Source of the DNA: Pirellulales bacterium
GTDB lineage: Bacteria > Planctomycetota > Planctomycetia > Pirellulales > PALSA-1355
Length of the DNA: 64,000 bases
Direction of reading: 5' to 3'
Assembly: GCA_963733035.1 (NCBI GenBank)
Contig: CAVTBU010000005.1
Coordinates: 1,632,001 to 1,696,000 of the forward strand
The position numbers and the translations under genes were made by a program. Position 1 is the first letter of the stretch. Every line of letters starts with the position of its first letter. The notes under the pieces are model-generated. The model was not told where the DNA came from. It worked only from the letters and a program-made list of their open reading frames with translations, and searched no databases. Positions 9,908-20,117 of the stretch are shown here, in pieces.

Positions 9908-10145
9908 ATGCCGAAGCTGCTTTACGCAGCCCCCAAGTATTGCCTGTTTCGCGTCTCGGGACAGGCCATCGTGACTCTCAACGGGCACGACCACTTCCTG
10001 GGGCCGTGGAAGCCGAAGGCATCTCTCGTCGAGTATGACCGTCTCACGGGCGAGTGGCTGGCAAACGGCCGTGTGGTCTTCTCGTGGCGGCAGCGACGTG
10101 ACGATCGTTGAACTGGCCGGCCGCTACTGGGACCACGCGAACTTG
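9908..10145 (+). pseudogene. Truncated, frameshifted N-terminus of a planctomycete-type tyrosine integrase
   Basis: MPKLLYAAPKYCLFRVSGQAIVTLNGHDHFLGPWKPKASLVEYDRLTGEWLANGR, then in another frame VTIVELAGRYWDHA. Resembles N-termini of planctomycete integrases as recalled; no catalytic domain; 126 nt after the tRNA fragment. Confidence 0.75.
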
Positions 10146-10446
10146 CGAGACGCTTTTTCCAATCGAGCTGGGCCTCTGCGAGGATTGGTTAGTGTTTCGC
10201 ATACTCGCGGTAGCGACTGGCGCACGAGCCGCGCGCAGTTACAATCATTCGTTGATTGAGCGACCTGGTGCAAGTAGGATCGAACGGCCCGCAACTTGTG
10301 TGGCCGGGCGGGCATTAGGATGGCGCGCCGTACGTCACGTGACGCACGATTCGGCACAAACCTGGCCGCACGAAGTTTAGTTGATTGCCGGGCGTGGCCG
10401 CCGCACGTGTGAGCGGATCAACTGTGAACATTGCTGATACCAACGA

Positions 10447-12084
10447 ATGATTGCGACCCCGCTTCGCCCGCTCGACATCGCCGCCGTTCTGGCGTATTTG
10501 CTGGGGATGGCGGCCGTGGGGCTCTATTTCGCACGTCGGAATACCAGCACCGAAGAGTATTTCGTAGGAAACCGGTCGTTCAAGGGCTGGGTCATAGGCC
10601 TCTCGATGTTGGGGACGACCGTCAGCTCGGTCACATTTTTGGCCTTTCCTGGCGATGCCTATGGTTCCGACTGGCGGAACCTGGTGAGTAACCTCACACT
10701 GCCGCTGGTTGCCATTTTCGCGATTGCGTTATTCATCCCGTTCTTTCGCCACGGCAACCTTACCTCGGCGTTCGAGTACTTGGAGCAGCGCTACGGTCCG
10801 ATCGTCCGTTTCTACGGAGTGGCCAGCTTCATCGTTGTACAGCTCATTCGACTGGCGCGAATTCTGTTCCTGGTTTCGCTGCCGGTGGCCCTGCTCACGG
10901 GAGCGTCTCTGTCGACGGTCATCGTCTGCACGGGCATCTTCATCGCGTTCTACACAATCGCCGGCGGAATCGAGGCCGTCATCTGGACCGACGTGGTGCA
11001 GTCGCTCGTTTTACTGGCGGGCGGACTGTTTTGCGTCGCGTTCATCGCGATCTCGCTGCCGGGGGGAATACCTCAGATCTTCGAAGTGGCCTCGGCACAC
11101 AACAAGTTCAACATGGGCGGCTTGAACCCCGAGAGCGAGGACGCGACGGCGAATCCGCGACAGACGTCGGATCCTGGCAGCCGCGTCGAGCCGCCACGTC
11201 GCGACGAATCCCTGCACGACAAGATCGCGTTTTTTCTGTCGAGGAAGACGCTGCTGGTGGTGGCGCTGCTGGGAATTTTCGAATGGCTGACGACCTACGC
11301 CTGCGACCAGACCGTGGTGCAGCGGTACGCGGCGGCCAAATCGATGCGCGAAGCCCGCAAGGCAACGGCCTTGTTTTCAGTGCTGGCCCTGCCGACGTGG
11401 GTGCTGTTCTTTTTTGTGGGCACGTGCGTTTACGTCTACTACCAGGCCTTCCCCGACCCTACCGTCGCGGCCCTCGGGGAGGTGGACGCCGTGTTTCCGC
11501 ATTTCATACTCACGCAATTGCCGGCCGGCATTGCGGGCCTTGTGATTGCGGGGGTACTGGCGGCGGCGATGTCGTCGCTCGACTCGAGCATCAACTCGAT
11601 TGCCACCGTCACGATCGTCGACTTGCTGAAACCATACCTGGCCAAGGGGCGCGACGACCGGTTTTACTTGCGGATGGCTCGCCTGACCGCGACGCTAGCC
11701 GCGGCTTTCATGATCGTCGGGGCGGTCGTTCTGGTCTACATACCAAAAGAAAGCATGAATAGTCTGACGTGGATTGTATCGTCGGTCTTCGGCGGCTGCC
11801 TGGTCGGGCTGTTCATGCTGGGCTTCTTCACGACACGTGTCGACTACGTCTCGGTGGTGATCGCGCTGGTGCCCTCCGTCGCGCTCAATGTGTACTTCAT
11901 GCTGAACGTTTCCGGCTGGCTACCCGCCGGCTTGCGCGTCGGCATCCACGAGTACTGGGTGACGATCCTGGTGAACCTGCTGTTCGTAACGCTGGCCTAC
12001 GCGGTCAGTCTCGTGCGTCGAGGCAAGCCGCCGCCGTCGGGATTGACCGTTTGGACCACCGGCCCACAAGCCGAGCAACCGTGA
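10447..12084 (+). CDS. Sodium:solute symporter (SSS; SiaT-like subgroup)
   Basis: EEYFVGNR, GGIEAVIWTDVVQ, DQTVVQRY and LAAAMSSLDSSINS motifs; many TM helices. Confidence 0.92.
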   Translation: MIATPLRPLDIAAVLAYLLGMAAVGLYFARRNTSTEEYFVGNRSFKGWVIGLSMLGTTVSSVTFLAFPGDAYGSDWRNLVSNLTLPLVAIFAIALFIPFFRHGNLTSAFEYLEQRYGPIVRFYGVASFIVVQLIRLARILFLVSLPVALLTGASLSTVIVCTGIFIAFYTIAGGIEAVIWTDVVQSLVLLAGGLFCVAFIAISLPGGIPQIFEVASAHNKFNMGGLNPESEDATANPRQTSDPGSRVEPPRRDESLHDKIAFFLSRKTLLVVALLGIFEWLTTYACDQTVVQRYAAAKSMREARKATALFSVLALPTWVLFFFVGTCVYVYYQAFPDPTVAALGEVDAVFPHFILTQLPAGIAGLVIAGVLAAAMSSLDSSINSIATVTIVDLLKPYLAKGRDDRFYLRMARLTATLAAAFMIVGAVVLVYIPKESMNSLTWIVSSVFGGCLVGLFMLGFFTTRVDYVSVVIALVPSVALNVYFMLNVSGWLPAGLRVGIHEYWVTILVNLLFVTLAYAVSLVRRGKPPPSGLTVWTTGPQAEQP

Positions 12085-12179
12085 AACACGCGCCGCAACC
12101 GGCGGCGATGATGGCGATCTGAATGCGACACTTTCGGATATCCGCTTGCGGAGGAATTCCTGGCACACAGCCATGACGA

Positions 12180-12310
12180 TGAGCCCCACCTGCAATATCG
12201 ATGGAGCAACTGGACCTGGTCCACGGAGCTGATCAAGGGCGCTTCGTCGGACTTCCCTTCGATGTGGCCGTCTTCGTCGAGACGCATTTGCAGCCGTTCT
12301 ATCAAGAACG
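12180..12310 (-). pseudogene. Possible degenerate IS5-family transposase fragment
   Basis: (VLDR)..ERLQMRLDEDGHIE resembles a segment of IS5-like transposases. Very short; recognised from memory only. Confidence 0.3.
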
Positions 12311-12383
12311 CTCGGTTGATTCGGCTGACGGGGAAGCATAACCTGGGATCACCAATTCCACGGCTTCCTCACGCGGCAAAACG

Positions 12384-13937
12384 ATGACGCTTCAGCGAAT
12401 CAACATCCTATTCTTGCTGCTTTTTGCTGCGATCTGCTGCCAGCAGGCGTGCCTTGGGCAAAATATAACGGTGATGGATCCTCGCACCGCCCGCGTCGAC
12501 CTGCCGGCTCCCGCGCCTCCCAATCCGATCGTGGTCGACAGTGCAAAACGTTTCTTTGCCGATGACTGGATGATTGAGCGTATGGTGCGGCTGACGCGAA
12601 CACTACACCCGATCAAGAAACACCCGGGCAGTCCGCTGTTGAAAGCCGAGATGCCATGGGAAAAGCCGTGCGTGCTGTTATATGGCAGTGTGATGTATGA
12701 TCCAGATCGCCAGGACGACCGGTTTCGGATGTGGTACTTGTGCTTCACGCCCCAATACAATGAGGATTACTCCGAGCGGCTGGCCAAGGATGGCCGGATT
12801 GCGTACGCGATTAGCAGCGATGGCCTTCACTGGAAGCGGCCAAACCTGGGGATTCACGAATACGACGGGAGCAAGAACAACAACATCGTCATTCCCGGTC
12901 CGTGGGGTGTCGCGAGCGTCCACTACGACCCCCGCGACCCGAATCCCCAGCAGCGCTACAAGGCCCAGGTTCGCTACAACGGACATCGCGCCTTCGTCTC
13001 GCCTGACGGCATACACTGGACCGACCGCGGTCCGATGAACTTGAGTGCATTCGATCGAACGTCCGTGCATTGGCATCCGGTTGATCAAAAATGGTTCGCG
13101 AGTACGAAGAACTGGTACAAGGTTCCTGGCGAGGAGGACCAACGCGGTCGAGGGTACGCCGAGAGCGACGATTTCTTTCACTGGGGGCCCGTTTCGTATA
13201 TGTGCGGCACGTCGCCGGACTCGGGTGAGATCGTGTATGGGTTGGAGCCGTTCTACTACGAGAGCATGTTCTTCGGCCTGTGGGACCGCTACCGGCACGA
13301 CCCCGATGGACTGTTAGATGTCCAGCTCGCGGTGAGCCACAACGGCCGGCATTGGACACGCCCCAGTGACGAGGCGTGGATCCCTTTGACGCCGTTGCCG
13401 GACGATTTCCGAAGAGCGACGTCGGCGCGTAGCCCCGAGACCGGCATCGACCCGTTCGACCCACGAGTCCCGTGGGACTATGCGAACAACAGCGGCAGCA
13501 TTCTCGGACCGCTGCGGGTGGGCGATGAGTTGTGGATGTACTACAGTGGCCGCGCGACCGACCATCGCAGCCGACCACACGTAGGAGCGATTGGTCTGGG
13601 GACATTACGACTGGATGGCTTCTTCTCACTCGACGCATCCGACTCGAGCGGTGTTCTGGTTACACGGCCGCTCCGTCTCGTAGGCGATCAGCTACATGTA
13701 AACGCAGATGCCGAAGGGGGAACACTGCGGGTCGCGATTCTCGACGAAGCGAACAAGACCATTGCGCCATACACGCTGGCGAACTGCCCACCCATTTCGA
13801 CGGATAGCGTTCGGCACCGCATCGAGTGGAACGGCGCGTCCGATCTGAGCGGAGTCGTTGGCAAGACGGTCCGCCTGAAGTTCGAGCTGACGCGCACCGC
13901 ACTATACGCAATCTGGACCGGCGAAGAACGCCGCTAG
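12384..13937 (+). CDS. Secreted GH32/GH43-like five-bladed beta-propeller protein of unknown specificity
   Basis: Signal peptide; repeats SSDGLHW, SPDGIHW, SDDFFHW and SHNGRHW; C-terminal RLDGFFSL...LHVNADA beta domain common in planctomycetes. Confidence 0.7.
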   Translation: MTLQRINILFLLLFAAICCQQACLGQNITVMDPRTARVDLPAPAPPNPIVVDSAKRFFADDWMIERMVRLTRTLHPIKKHPGSPLLKAEMPWEKPCVLLYGSVMYDPDRQDDRFRMWYLCFTPQYNEDYSERLAKDGRIAYAISSDGLHWKRPNLGIHEYDGSKNNNIVIPGPWGVASVHYDPRDPNPQQRYKAQVRYNGHRAFVSPDGIHWTDRGPMNLSAFDRTSVHWHPVDQKWFASTKNWYKVPGEEDQRGRGYAESDDFFHWGPVSYMCGTSPDSGEIVYGLEPFYYESMFFGLWDRYRHDPDGLLDVQLAVSHNGRHWTRPSDEAWIPLTPLPDDFRRATSARSPETGIDPFDPRVPWDYANNSGSILGPLRVGDELWMYYSGRATDHRSRPHVGAIGLGTLRLDGFFSLDASDSSGVLVTRPLRLVGDQLHVNADAEGGTLRVAILDEANKTIAPYTLANCPPISTDSVRHRIEWNGASDLSGVVGKTVRLKFELTRTALYAIWTGEERR

Positions 13938-14124
13938 AGCCTTGTTCTTGCTGGCCCGCGGACGCCGCCGCATGGGTGTCTGGGAGTTTCGACTTCGTCT
14001 TGGTCCGGTTTGGATGGTGGCTTTCCCATGGATGTCGGACCGAAGCGTGCTCTGTTGCAAGAAATTGAGAGTCGCGTACGGAGGGCTTGGTCGTAGAACT
14101 GCGACATTCTCGCCAGACACCGCA

Positions 14125-15496
14125 CTAGCTGGCGCCGCGGAATTGCAGAATCACGCTGGCAACCACGCACGTGCCGATGATTGCCACTGACAATAGAAGC
14201 AGCGCGGCAGTGGGTTTGCTCATCTGCACGCGACGATCGGTGCGAAAGGCCATCCAGCAAATTGCCACCATCAACAACGGTGTCGTCAACAAACCCGAAA
14301 AGTATTGTCCGAAGATCACCAGCCTCTCCGGCGCGGGGCCCGCCAGGAAGATGATGCCCAGAAACGCCACCAGATACACCGACTGCACGGCCCGCCAACA
14401 TCGTCGCTGCACTGTGGCGTCGCCGCGGCTGATCCAGCCGAAGCTTGCCAGCATGTCGCACCACATGCGGGCGAACGCGGCCGTGCCCACGATCAACGTC
14501 GAGAATAGCGTGCAAAGGGCGCCAGCCAGGAACAGGTCTTTGGACCACGCGCCGTAGGTGCTCGTGTACATCGAAGAGAGACGCTCGATGATCCCGTCGC
14601 CGGTCAGTTGTTCGTTTCGTCCGTAAAATACGGCGCCGCCGATCAAAAAGTAGCCCAGCGTCGTCACGGTGGCCAATGCCGTGCAGGTGAACACGTCGAC
14701 CTGCAGCACGCGAATCCAACCGCGCGCGACGCAGCCAAGCGTCGTCGTCACCCGTCCCCACGTGTTTGGCGTAGCCTTTTTCCAGAACCCAATAGGGGTA
14801 CATGAACAGTTCGTTTCCGGTCGCCCCAAGCGCACCCATCAAGCTCACCACCGCAACCGCCGCCAGATGAACGTCGTTCTTGCCAAACGAAAATGTCATC
14901 CCGGACAAAACTTGCTCGCTGCTGATGCGAAACGTCGTGCCTTGAATCAGCACCAGTCCAACCACGACGCTCAGGCTGAAAACGCCCACCAACACACCGA
15001 TCATCTTTTCCAGGACGTTGTACGTGCCGCGCCACAGGATCACGAAGGAAACGGCGAACACGACGAGCGTCCACAAGTCGACGCTGCGGGACTCGGCGGT
15101 CGAAAACGGCAGGACCACGTGCAATAGCCCGGCCGTGGCGCGGAGAATACCGGCGAGCGACGCCGCGGTAAGTAACGATCCGAGCACGAACACGGTTCCG
15201 ATCCACGACGTGCCGCGCCATTTCGGGCCCGGCAGCGCGTTGAGCGCGTCAAACGGAGTTCGATTGTGCACTAATGCGTGGCGGCCGATTTCAACCTGCA
15301 GAAAGCACTTGAGGATGCAGGACAGGAGCACCGCCCAGAGCAGCACGAAACCAAATCGCGCCGCCTGCACGGGCGTGTTGATTAGCTCGCCCGAGCCAAT
15401 CACGGAACCTGTGACGACGATTCCCGGCCCAATGGCCAATAGAATTCCGCCGGGCCGTGTTGGCGCCGGCAAGTATCGTTCGCTTGGGTTGCTCAT
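14125..15496 (-). CDS. Nramp/YcsG-like membrane permease (frameshift near 14720)
   Basis: IGPGIVVTGSVIGSGELI and YPYWVLEKGY motifs. ...AWLRRAR continues as GWIRVLQVD in ORF 14125-14835 after a 1-nt slip in a CG repeat. Confidence 0.8.
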
Positions 15497-16326
15497 CCGC
15501 CCGATGATCCCAGTTGCGGTTGCCTGGCAATCGGTCGCCCATTGGCTGGCGTCGACTGTGCCGCCCGCAACTGTTCAACCGCGGCCTTCGCCGCGTGTTG
15601 CAAGTGAATTTCGTCGGTGGCGTAGGAAGCGAAACGCATTCCACGTGCGATCCAATCGGAAACCGTTGACATATCCGGCGAAATAATGCCAGGTGCGACG
15701 CGGCGCCGGTCGGCCACCTCGATCAGCCGCTCGACGGCGCCAACGGCCTGGGGGTGCCGCAATTGTCCGGCGATGCCCATATCGACGGTCAGATCCATAA
15801 AACCCAGACAAGCGACGTCGACGCCGTCGATTGCCAGCATCGCCTCGAGATTGTCGACGGCCTCTCGTCGTTCGATCTGAATCACCAGCAGCGTTTCTCG
15901 GTTGGCCGCTCGAATGAATTCATCGATGTCCACAGCTCGTCCGTCGGTTTGGGCCGTAGTGCAGGCAAACCCTCGCACGCCGTCGGGCGGATAACGAACC
16001 CAGCTCACGATCTGCTCGACCTGTTGGGGCGTATTCACGCGGGGCACGATCACTCCTCGGGCCCCGGCATCGAGCACGCGAGCGATGAAGGCATATTCAG
16101 CCTGCGGAACGCGCACGATGGGCACAATATCGGCCACGCGCACTGCCTGGATCATGTCGGACACCGTTTCCATGCTGAAACTGGTGTGTTCCATGTCGAT
16201 AAACGCGAAATCGAAACCAGCCGTCGCGTAGATACGCGCAATGTCCGGCGATCGCAACCTCGAAATCTCGCTGCCGAGGGCAACTCCGCCAGCCCGCAGA
16301 GTACGTTTGACTTGGTTTGGTTTCAT
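15493..16326 (-). CDS. HpcH/HpaI class II aldolase family protein
   Basis: GFDFAFIDMEH, PIVRVP, LDAGARGVIVP, RYPPDGVRG and IQIE motifs. Confidence 0.92.
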   Translation of the reverse strand: MKPNQVKRTLRAGGVALGSEISRLRSPDIARIYATAGFDFAFIDMEHTSFSMETVSDMIQAVRVADIVPIVRVPQAEYAFIARVLDAGARGVIVPRVNTPQQVEQIVSWVRYPPDGVRGFACTTAQTDGRAVDIDEFIRAANRETLLVIQIERREAVDNLEAMLAIDGVDVACLGFMDLTVDMGIAGQLRHPQAVGAVERLIEVADRRRVAPGIISPDMSTVSDWIARGMRFASYATDEIHLQHAAKAAVEQLRAAQSTPANGRPIARQPQLGSSGG

Positions 16327-16408
16327 GGGGACCTGCGCAGTTGACCTATGCGGATAACAGACGACCGTCAGCTTGATGTCTTGAGACTAAGCGGCGGCTG
16401 AGTTTGGT

Positions 16409-17833
16409 TCAAGCGATCAATCCCGGCAGCAGGACTCCGCGCGATGCGGGAAGCGGTCGGCCTTGGGAATCGTGAAGCTCCGCGTCCGGCGGAACTCCCA
16501 GCAGGTGCAGAATCGTCTGCGCCAGGTCGTGAGGAGCCACGGGGTGTTCGTTCGGTTCGGCAGCCGTGCGGTTGGAGGATCCAAATAAACTGCCTCCGCT
16601 AATTCCGGCTCCGGCCAGCAAAATCGATTGCACGTGCGGCCAATGGTCGCGCCCGGCGTCTTGATTGAGCCGCGGGCTGCGCCCGAATTCTCCCATCACG
16701 ACCACCAGTGTATCGTCCAACAAACCGCGCTCGTCCAGATCCGCGAACAGCGCTGACAGCGCTCGATCCGTGGGAGGCACCAGGCGCTCGCGCATGTGGT
16801 GATAGATTCGACCGTGCGAATCGTATTCTCCGCCCCCTGGCCCCGCTGGTTCTGGATCGATCCAATACACGGTCGCCAGCCGAACGCCCGCCTCGATCAG
16901 TCGGCGCGCCAGCAGCACACCCTGCCCGAACAGGTGCCGGCCATAGCGGTCACGCGTGGCGTCTGACTCGGCGTGCAAGTTAAATGCGTTACGCACATCC
17001 GGTGAGCTTAGCAGCGAGAAAGCTTGTTCGTAGAAAGTCGCCAGATGATCGAACGGGCCACCGAGCGGCCGGGCCGGCGTACGTCGATTCAATTGCGCCA
17101 ACAATGAGTGTCGACCGCCGAGCCGATCCGCGTTCACTTCTCCCGGCAACGCCAGCGCCGGCGCCGAGAACTCGGCCGTCTGCTTGTTTCCTTGCGCGAC
17201 GAACGGGTCGAACTGCCGTCCCAAGAAGCCTGCGTTCTGGCCCGGCCAGATGCCGTCGACCGGCGGCGCTTCAAACAGCCTGGGCATGGTTACGAAAGCC
17301 GGCAGTCCGCGATCGGCGCCGCGAAATTTCGCGACAATGGAACCCAAGTGCGGATGGTCCGTCGGCAACGCGCGGGTTTGATCCACGATCGGCGTGCTAT
17401 GAATCGTGCCGGTCAGCATCGTGTAAACACCCGTGGTGTGCACCGAGCAGGGGTGAGTCACGGAACGCACGATCTTGAATCGATGGACCTGTTGGGCCAA
17501 CAGCGGCAACAGCTCGCTGATTTGAATGCCCGGCGTGTTGGTGGCGATCGGCTTTAGTTCGCCGCGAATTTCGGCAGGCGCCTCGGGCTTCATATCCCAA
17601 AGGTCAAGTTGAGATGGTCCGCCGTTGAGAAATACCAGGATGCAGCGCTTTGCGCGGCCGAACGATGCAGGCATAGACGACGCGCAGGCCGGTTGAGCGC
17701 GAATCAGCGACGGCAAACCAAGTCCCATGCCACCCAGCGCCCCCAGCCGCAGAAACTCGCGGCGGAACCAGTGTCGCGCAATGCGTGGCGACTGTGGTGC
17801 GTGTTGCACGGCGTTTTCGCGCTGAGGTGTCAT
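16409..17833 (-). CDS. DUF1501 domain protein (Tat-like leader)
   Basis: RREFLRLG, GGPSQLDLWDMKP, GEFGRSPR and GRDHWP motifs. Confidence 0.92.
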   Translation of the reverse strand: MTPQRENAVQHAPQSPRIARHWFRREFLRLGALGGMGLGLPSLIRAQPACASSMPASFGRAKRCILVFLNGGPSQLDLWDMKPEAPAEIRGELKPIATNTPGIQISELLPLLAQQVHRFKIVRSVTHPCSVHTTGVYTMLTGTIHSTPIVDQTRALPTDHPHLGSIVAKFRGADRGLPAFVTMPRLFEAPPVDGIWPGQNAGFLGRQFDPFVAQGNKQTAEFSAPALALPGEVNADRLGGRHSLLAQLNRRTPARPLGGPFDHLATFYEQAFSLLSSPDVRNAFNLHAESDATRDRYGRHLFGQGVLLARRLIEAGVRLATVYWIDPEPAGPGGGEYDSHGRIYHHMRERLVPPTDRALSALFADLDERGLLDDTLVVVMGEFGRSPRLNQDAGRDHWPHVQSILLAGAGISGGSLFGSSNRTAAEPNEHPVAPHDLAQTILHLLGVPPDAELHDSQGRPLPASRGVLLPGLIA

Positions 17834-18489
17834 TGTCTCGTCATCCGGGAGACCTGCAGCTCCATCGAACGAACACAGTGCTGGCGCATCGCCTCCTCGG
17901 CCCGCTGGGCGTCGCGGGACTGGATCTCCTCGACCAGATGCACATGCTGCAGCGCCGGCCGCTCGACATCATGGGCCAGCATGCTGCCGCGTGCGAGCAT
18001 GCGTACCAATTGATTTGCCCGCAGCACTTCGACCAGGATTGCCGTGCCAGCCAGTTCGGCAATTTGCAAGTGAAACTGGGAGTCCAAACCGTGGATCTGG
18101 TCTGGTTCGGCATGCGAATCGATCCGGCGATCGAGCTCCGTCGCCAGGTTGAGCAACTCGGCCAGTTGGGCATCGGAAGCGGTTGTCGCGCAACGACGGG
18201 CTGCCTCGCATTCCACCGCTGTGCGTAGCACATGTTGACCGCGCAGCGCGTCGGCAGTCATCTTCCGCACACGTGTCCCCCAGCCAGGCTCGCTTTCCAC
18301 TAGTCCATCACGCGATAACTCACGCAGTGCCTCGCCGACAGGCGCCATGCTCATTCCCAGCGAGTTGGCCATGCCGCGGAGCGAGAGACGTTGCCCAGGC
18401 TGTAACCGCCCGGCGAGGATTTGATCGCGGAGCTCGAAGTAGGCTTGCCGGCTTAGCGTAAGCGATTTTGTTACATCAGCTTGTGGCAT
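17830..18489 (-). CDS. GntR/FCD family transcriptional regulator
   Basis: wHTH (ILAGRLQPGQRL...PVGEALREL...GTRV) plus FCD domain (DSQFHLQI...HVHLVEEI). Confidence 0.92.
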   Translation of the reverse strand: MPQADVTKSLTLSRQAYFELRDQILAGRLQPGQRLSLRGMANSLGMSMAPVGEALRELSRDGLVESEPGWGTRVRKMTADALRGQHVLRTAVECEAARRCATTASDAQLAELLNLATELDRRIDSHAEPDQIHGLDSQFHLQIAELAGTAILVEVLRANQLVRMLARGSMLAHDVERPALQHVHLVEEIQSRDAQRAEEAMRQHCVRSMELQVSRMTRQ

Positions 18490-18534
18490 CAGGACTCACG
18501 TTTTTTGGGTCGCGTACTTGCAACGTTCGATCAG

Positions 18535-18544
18535 TGTTATAACA
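18535..18544. promoter_or_regulatory. Palindrome TGTTATAACA, candidate GntR operator
   Basis: Perfect 10-bp AT-rich palindrome in the divergent gntR/DUF1501 spacer; near-copy TGTTACATCA at 18469-18478. Confidence 0.55.
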
Positions 18545-18608
18545 TAGGCGTTAGCCCGCCCAATCGTCAACCACCAGCCAGCCGGAATTCTTCGATCCAG
18601 GTTTCACA

Positions 18609-20098
18609 ATGACCGATCCACTTGGCAACCCCTTGCCCGAACCAGAGGGTATTAGCCGCCGCCGCTTTCTGCGGGCTGGACCGGCCGGGCTCGCGGCATT
18701 GGGTGCTGCCAATCTATTCGACCCGGCGGCGGCGATGGCCTCGGCGGCATCCCACAAGCCGCGAGCAAAGTCGGTCATTATCTTGTACTTGTATGGCGCG
18801 CCGAGCCAGATGGACACGCTCGACCCCAAGCCGAACGCGCCGCTCGAGCGGCGCGGCGAGTTCAAGTCCATCTCCAGCAGCCTGCCCGGCATTGCCGTTT
18901 CTGAGCTGCTGCCCAATATCGCGAAGAATCTTCACCGCGTCGCGCTGGTGCGTTCAATGACGCACACGTCCAACAACCACGCGGTTTCGGTGGCGCTGTC
19001 TGGCTTGTCCAAGTCGTTGCCGGAAATCGAAGGGAACGGGCGTGACCCACGGCATCAACCCTATATTGGCTCGGTGCTTGAGTACTTGTGGAAGCAACAG
19101 GGCATCAGCATGCTCGACAGCGGCATCCCGGTGAACATGGTGCTGCCCTGGGCGCTCAACGAAAAGACCGGCCCCGGACGCTGGCAACACGACGGCGCAT
19201 GGTTGGGATTGCAGTACAACCCGATCATTCCGATGTTCGTTGGCAAAGGTTCGCTTGAGGTCGGCTCTCCGTCGATCGCGGGCAGCACGCCGATCCTGAC
19301 GCGTTTCGATCCCTGGGATGGGATAACTCCCGAAAGCACGTTTCAATTCGAGGGGACGGATTTCCCAGCAGGCGTTTCCGCGTCGCGATTTGCACGCCGG
19401 CAGGAGTTGCTTCGGTCGCTCACGGTCGCCGAGCGCCGGGTCGGATCGGCCGTGAACACGTTCGATCAATGCCGCGATTTGGCCTTTGCCATGATTGCCA
19501 ACCCCAAGGTCGCGCATGCGCTGGACGTGACGCGTGAACCGACTTCGGTGCGCGAGAAGTATGGCTGCACGTTATTTGGCCAGTCGGCTTTGACGGCGCG
19601 GCGACTCGTAGAAACCGGCGTGAAGTTCGTTACGGTTTTCTGGGACACCTGGACCGACAACAATGCCGCCTGGGATACGCACCACAACCATCATCCCCGT
19701 CTAAAGGACGGACTCTGCCCCAAGCTGGACCAGATCCTCCCGGTATTTCTCGACGACATGGAGCAGCGAGGGCTGTTGGACGACACCTTGGTCATGGTCA
19801 TCAGTGAGCACGGCCGGACGCCCACTTTGGGAAACTCGCCTGGCGGAGGTCGCGAACATTGGGCGGGCACTATTGGGGCATGTTCTTTGGCGCCGGAATC
19901 AAAACGGGCCAGGTAATCGGCTCGACCGACCGAGACGGGGGATATCCGGCGAGTTGTCCGACGGACCCGAAAGATATCCTGGCAACGATGTACCACCTGC
20001 TTGGCTTCGACCCGCATTACACCACGGTTCCCGACCGGCTCAACCGACCCATCCACATCATTCCGCATGGCGAGGTTGTTCGGCAGCTCTTGGAATAG
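18609..20098 (+). CDS. DUF1501 domain protein (frameshift near 19870)
   Basis: SRRRFL Tat motif, GAPSQMDTLDPKP, WDTH and SEHGRTP. The C-terminus (YWGMFFGAGIKTGQVIGSTD...) is in ORF 19859-20098. Confidence 0.88.
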
Positions 20099-20117
20099 GC
20101 CGGCGTGGTGAGCCGTT

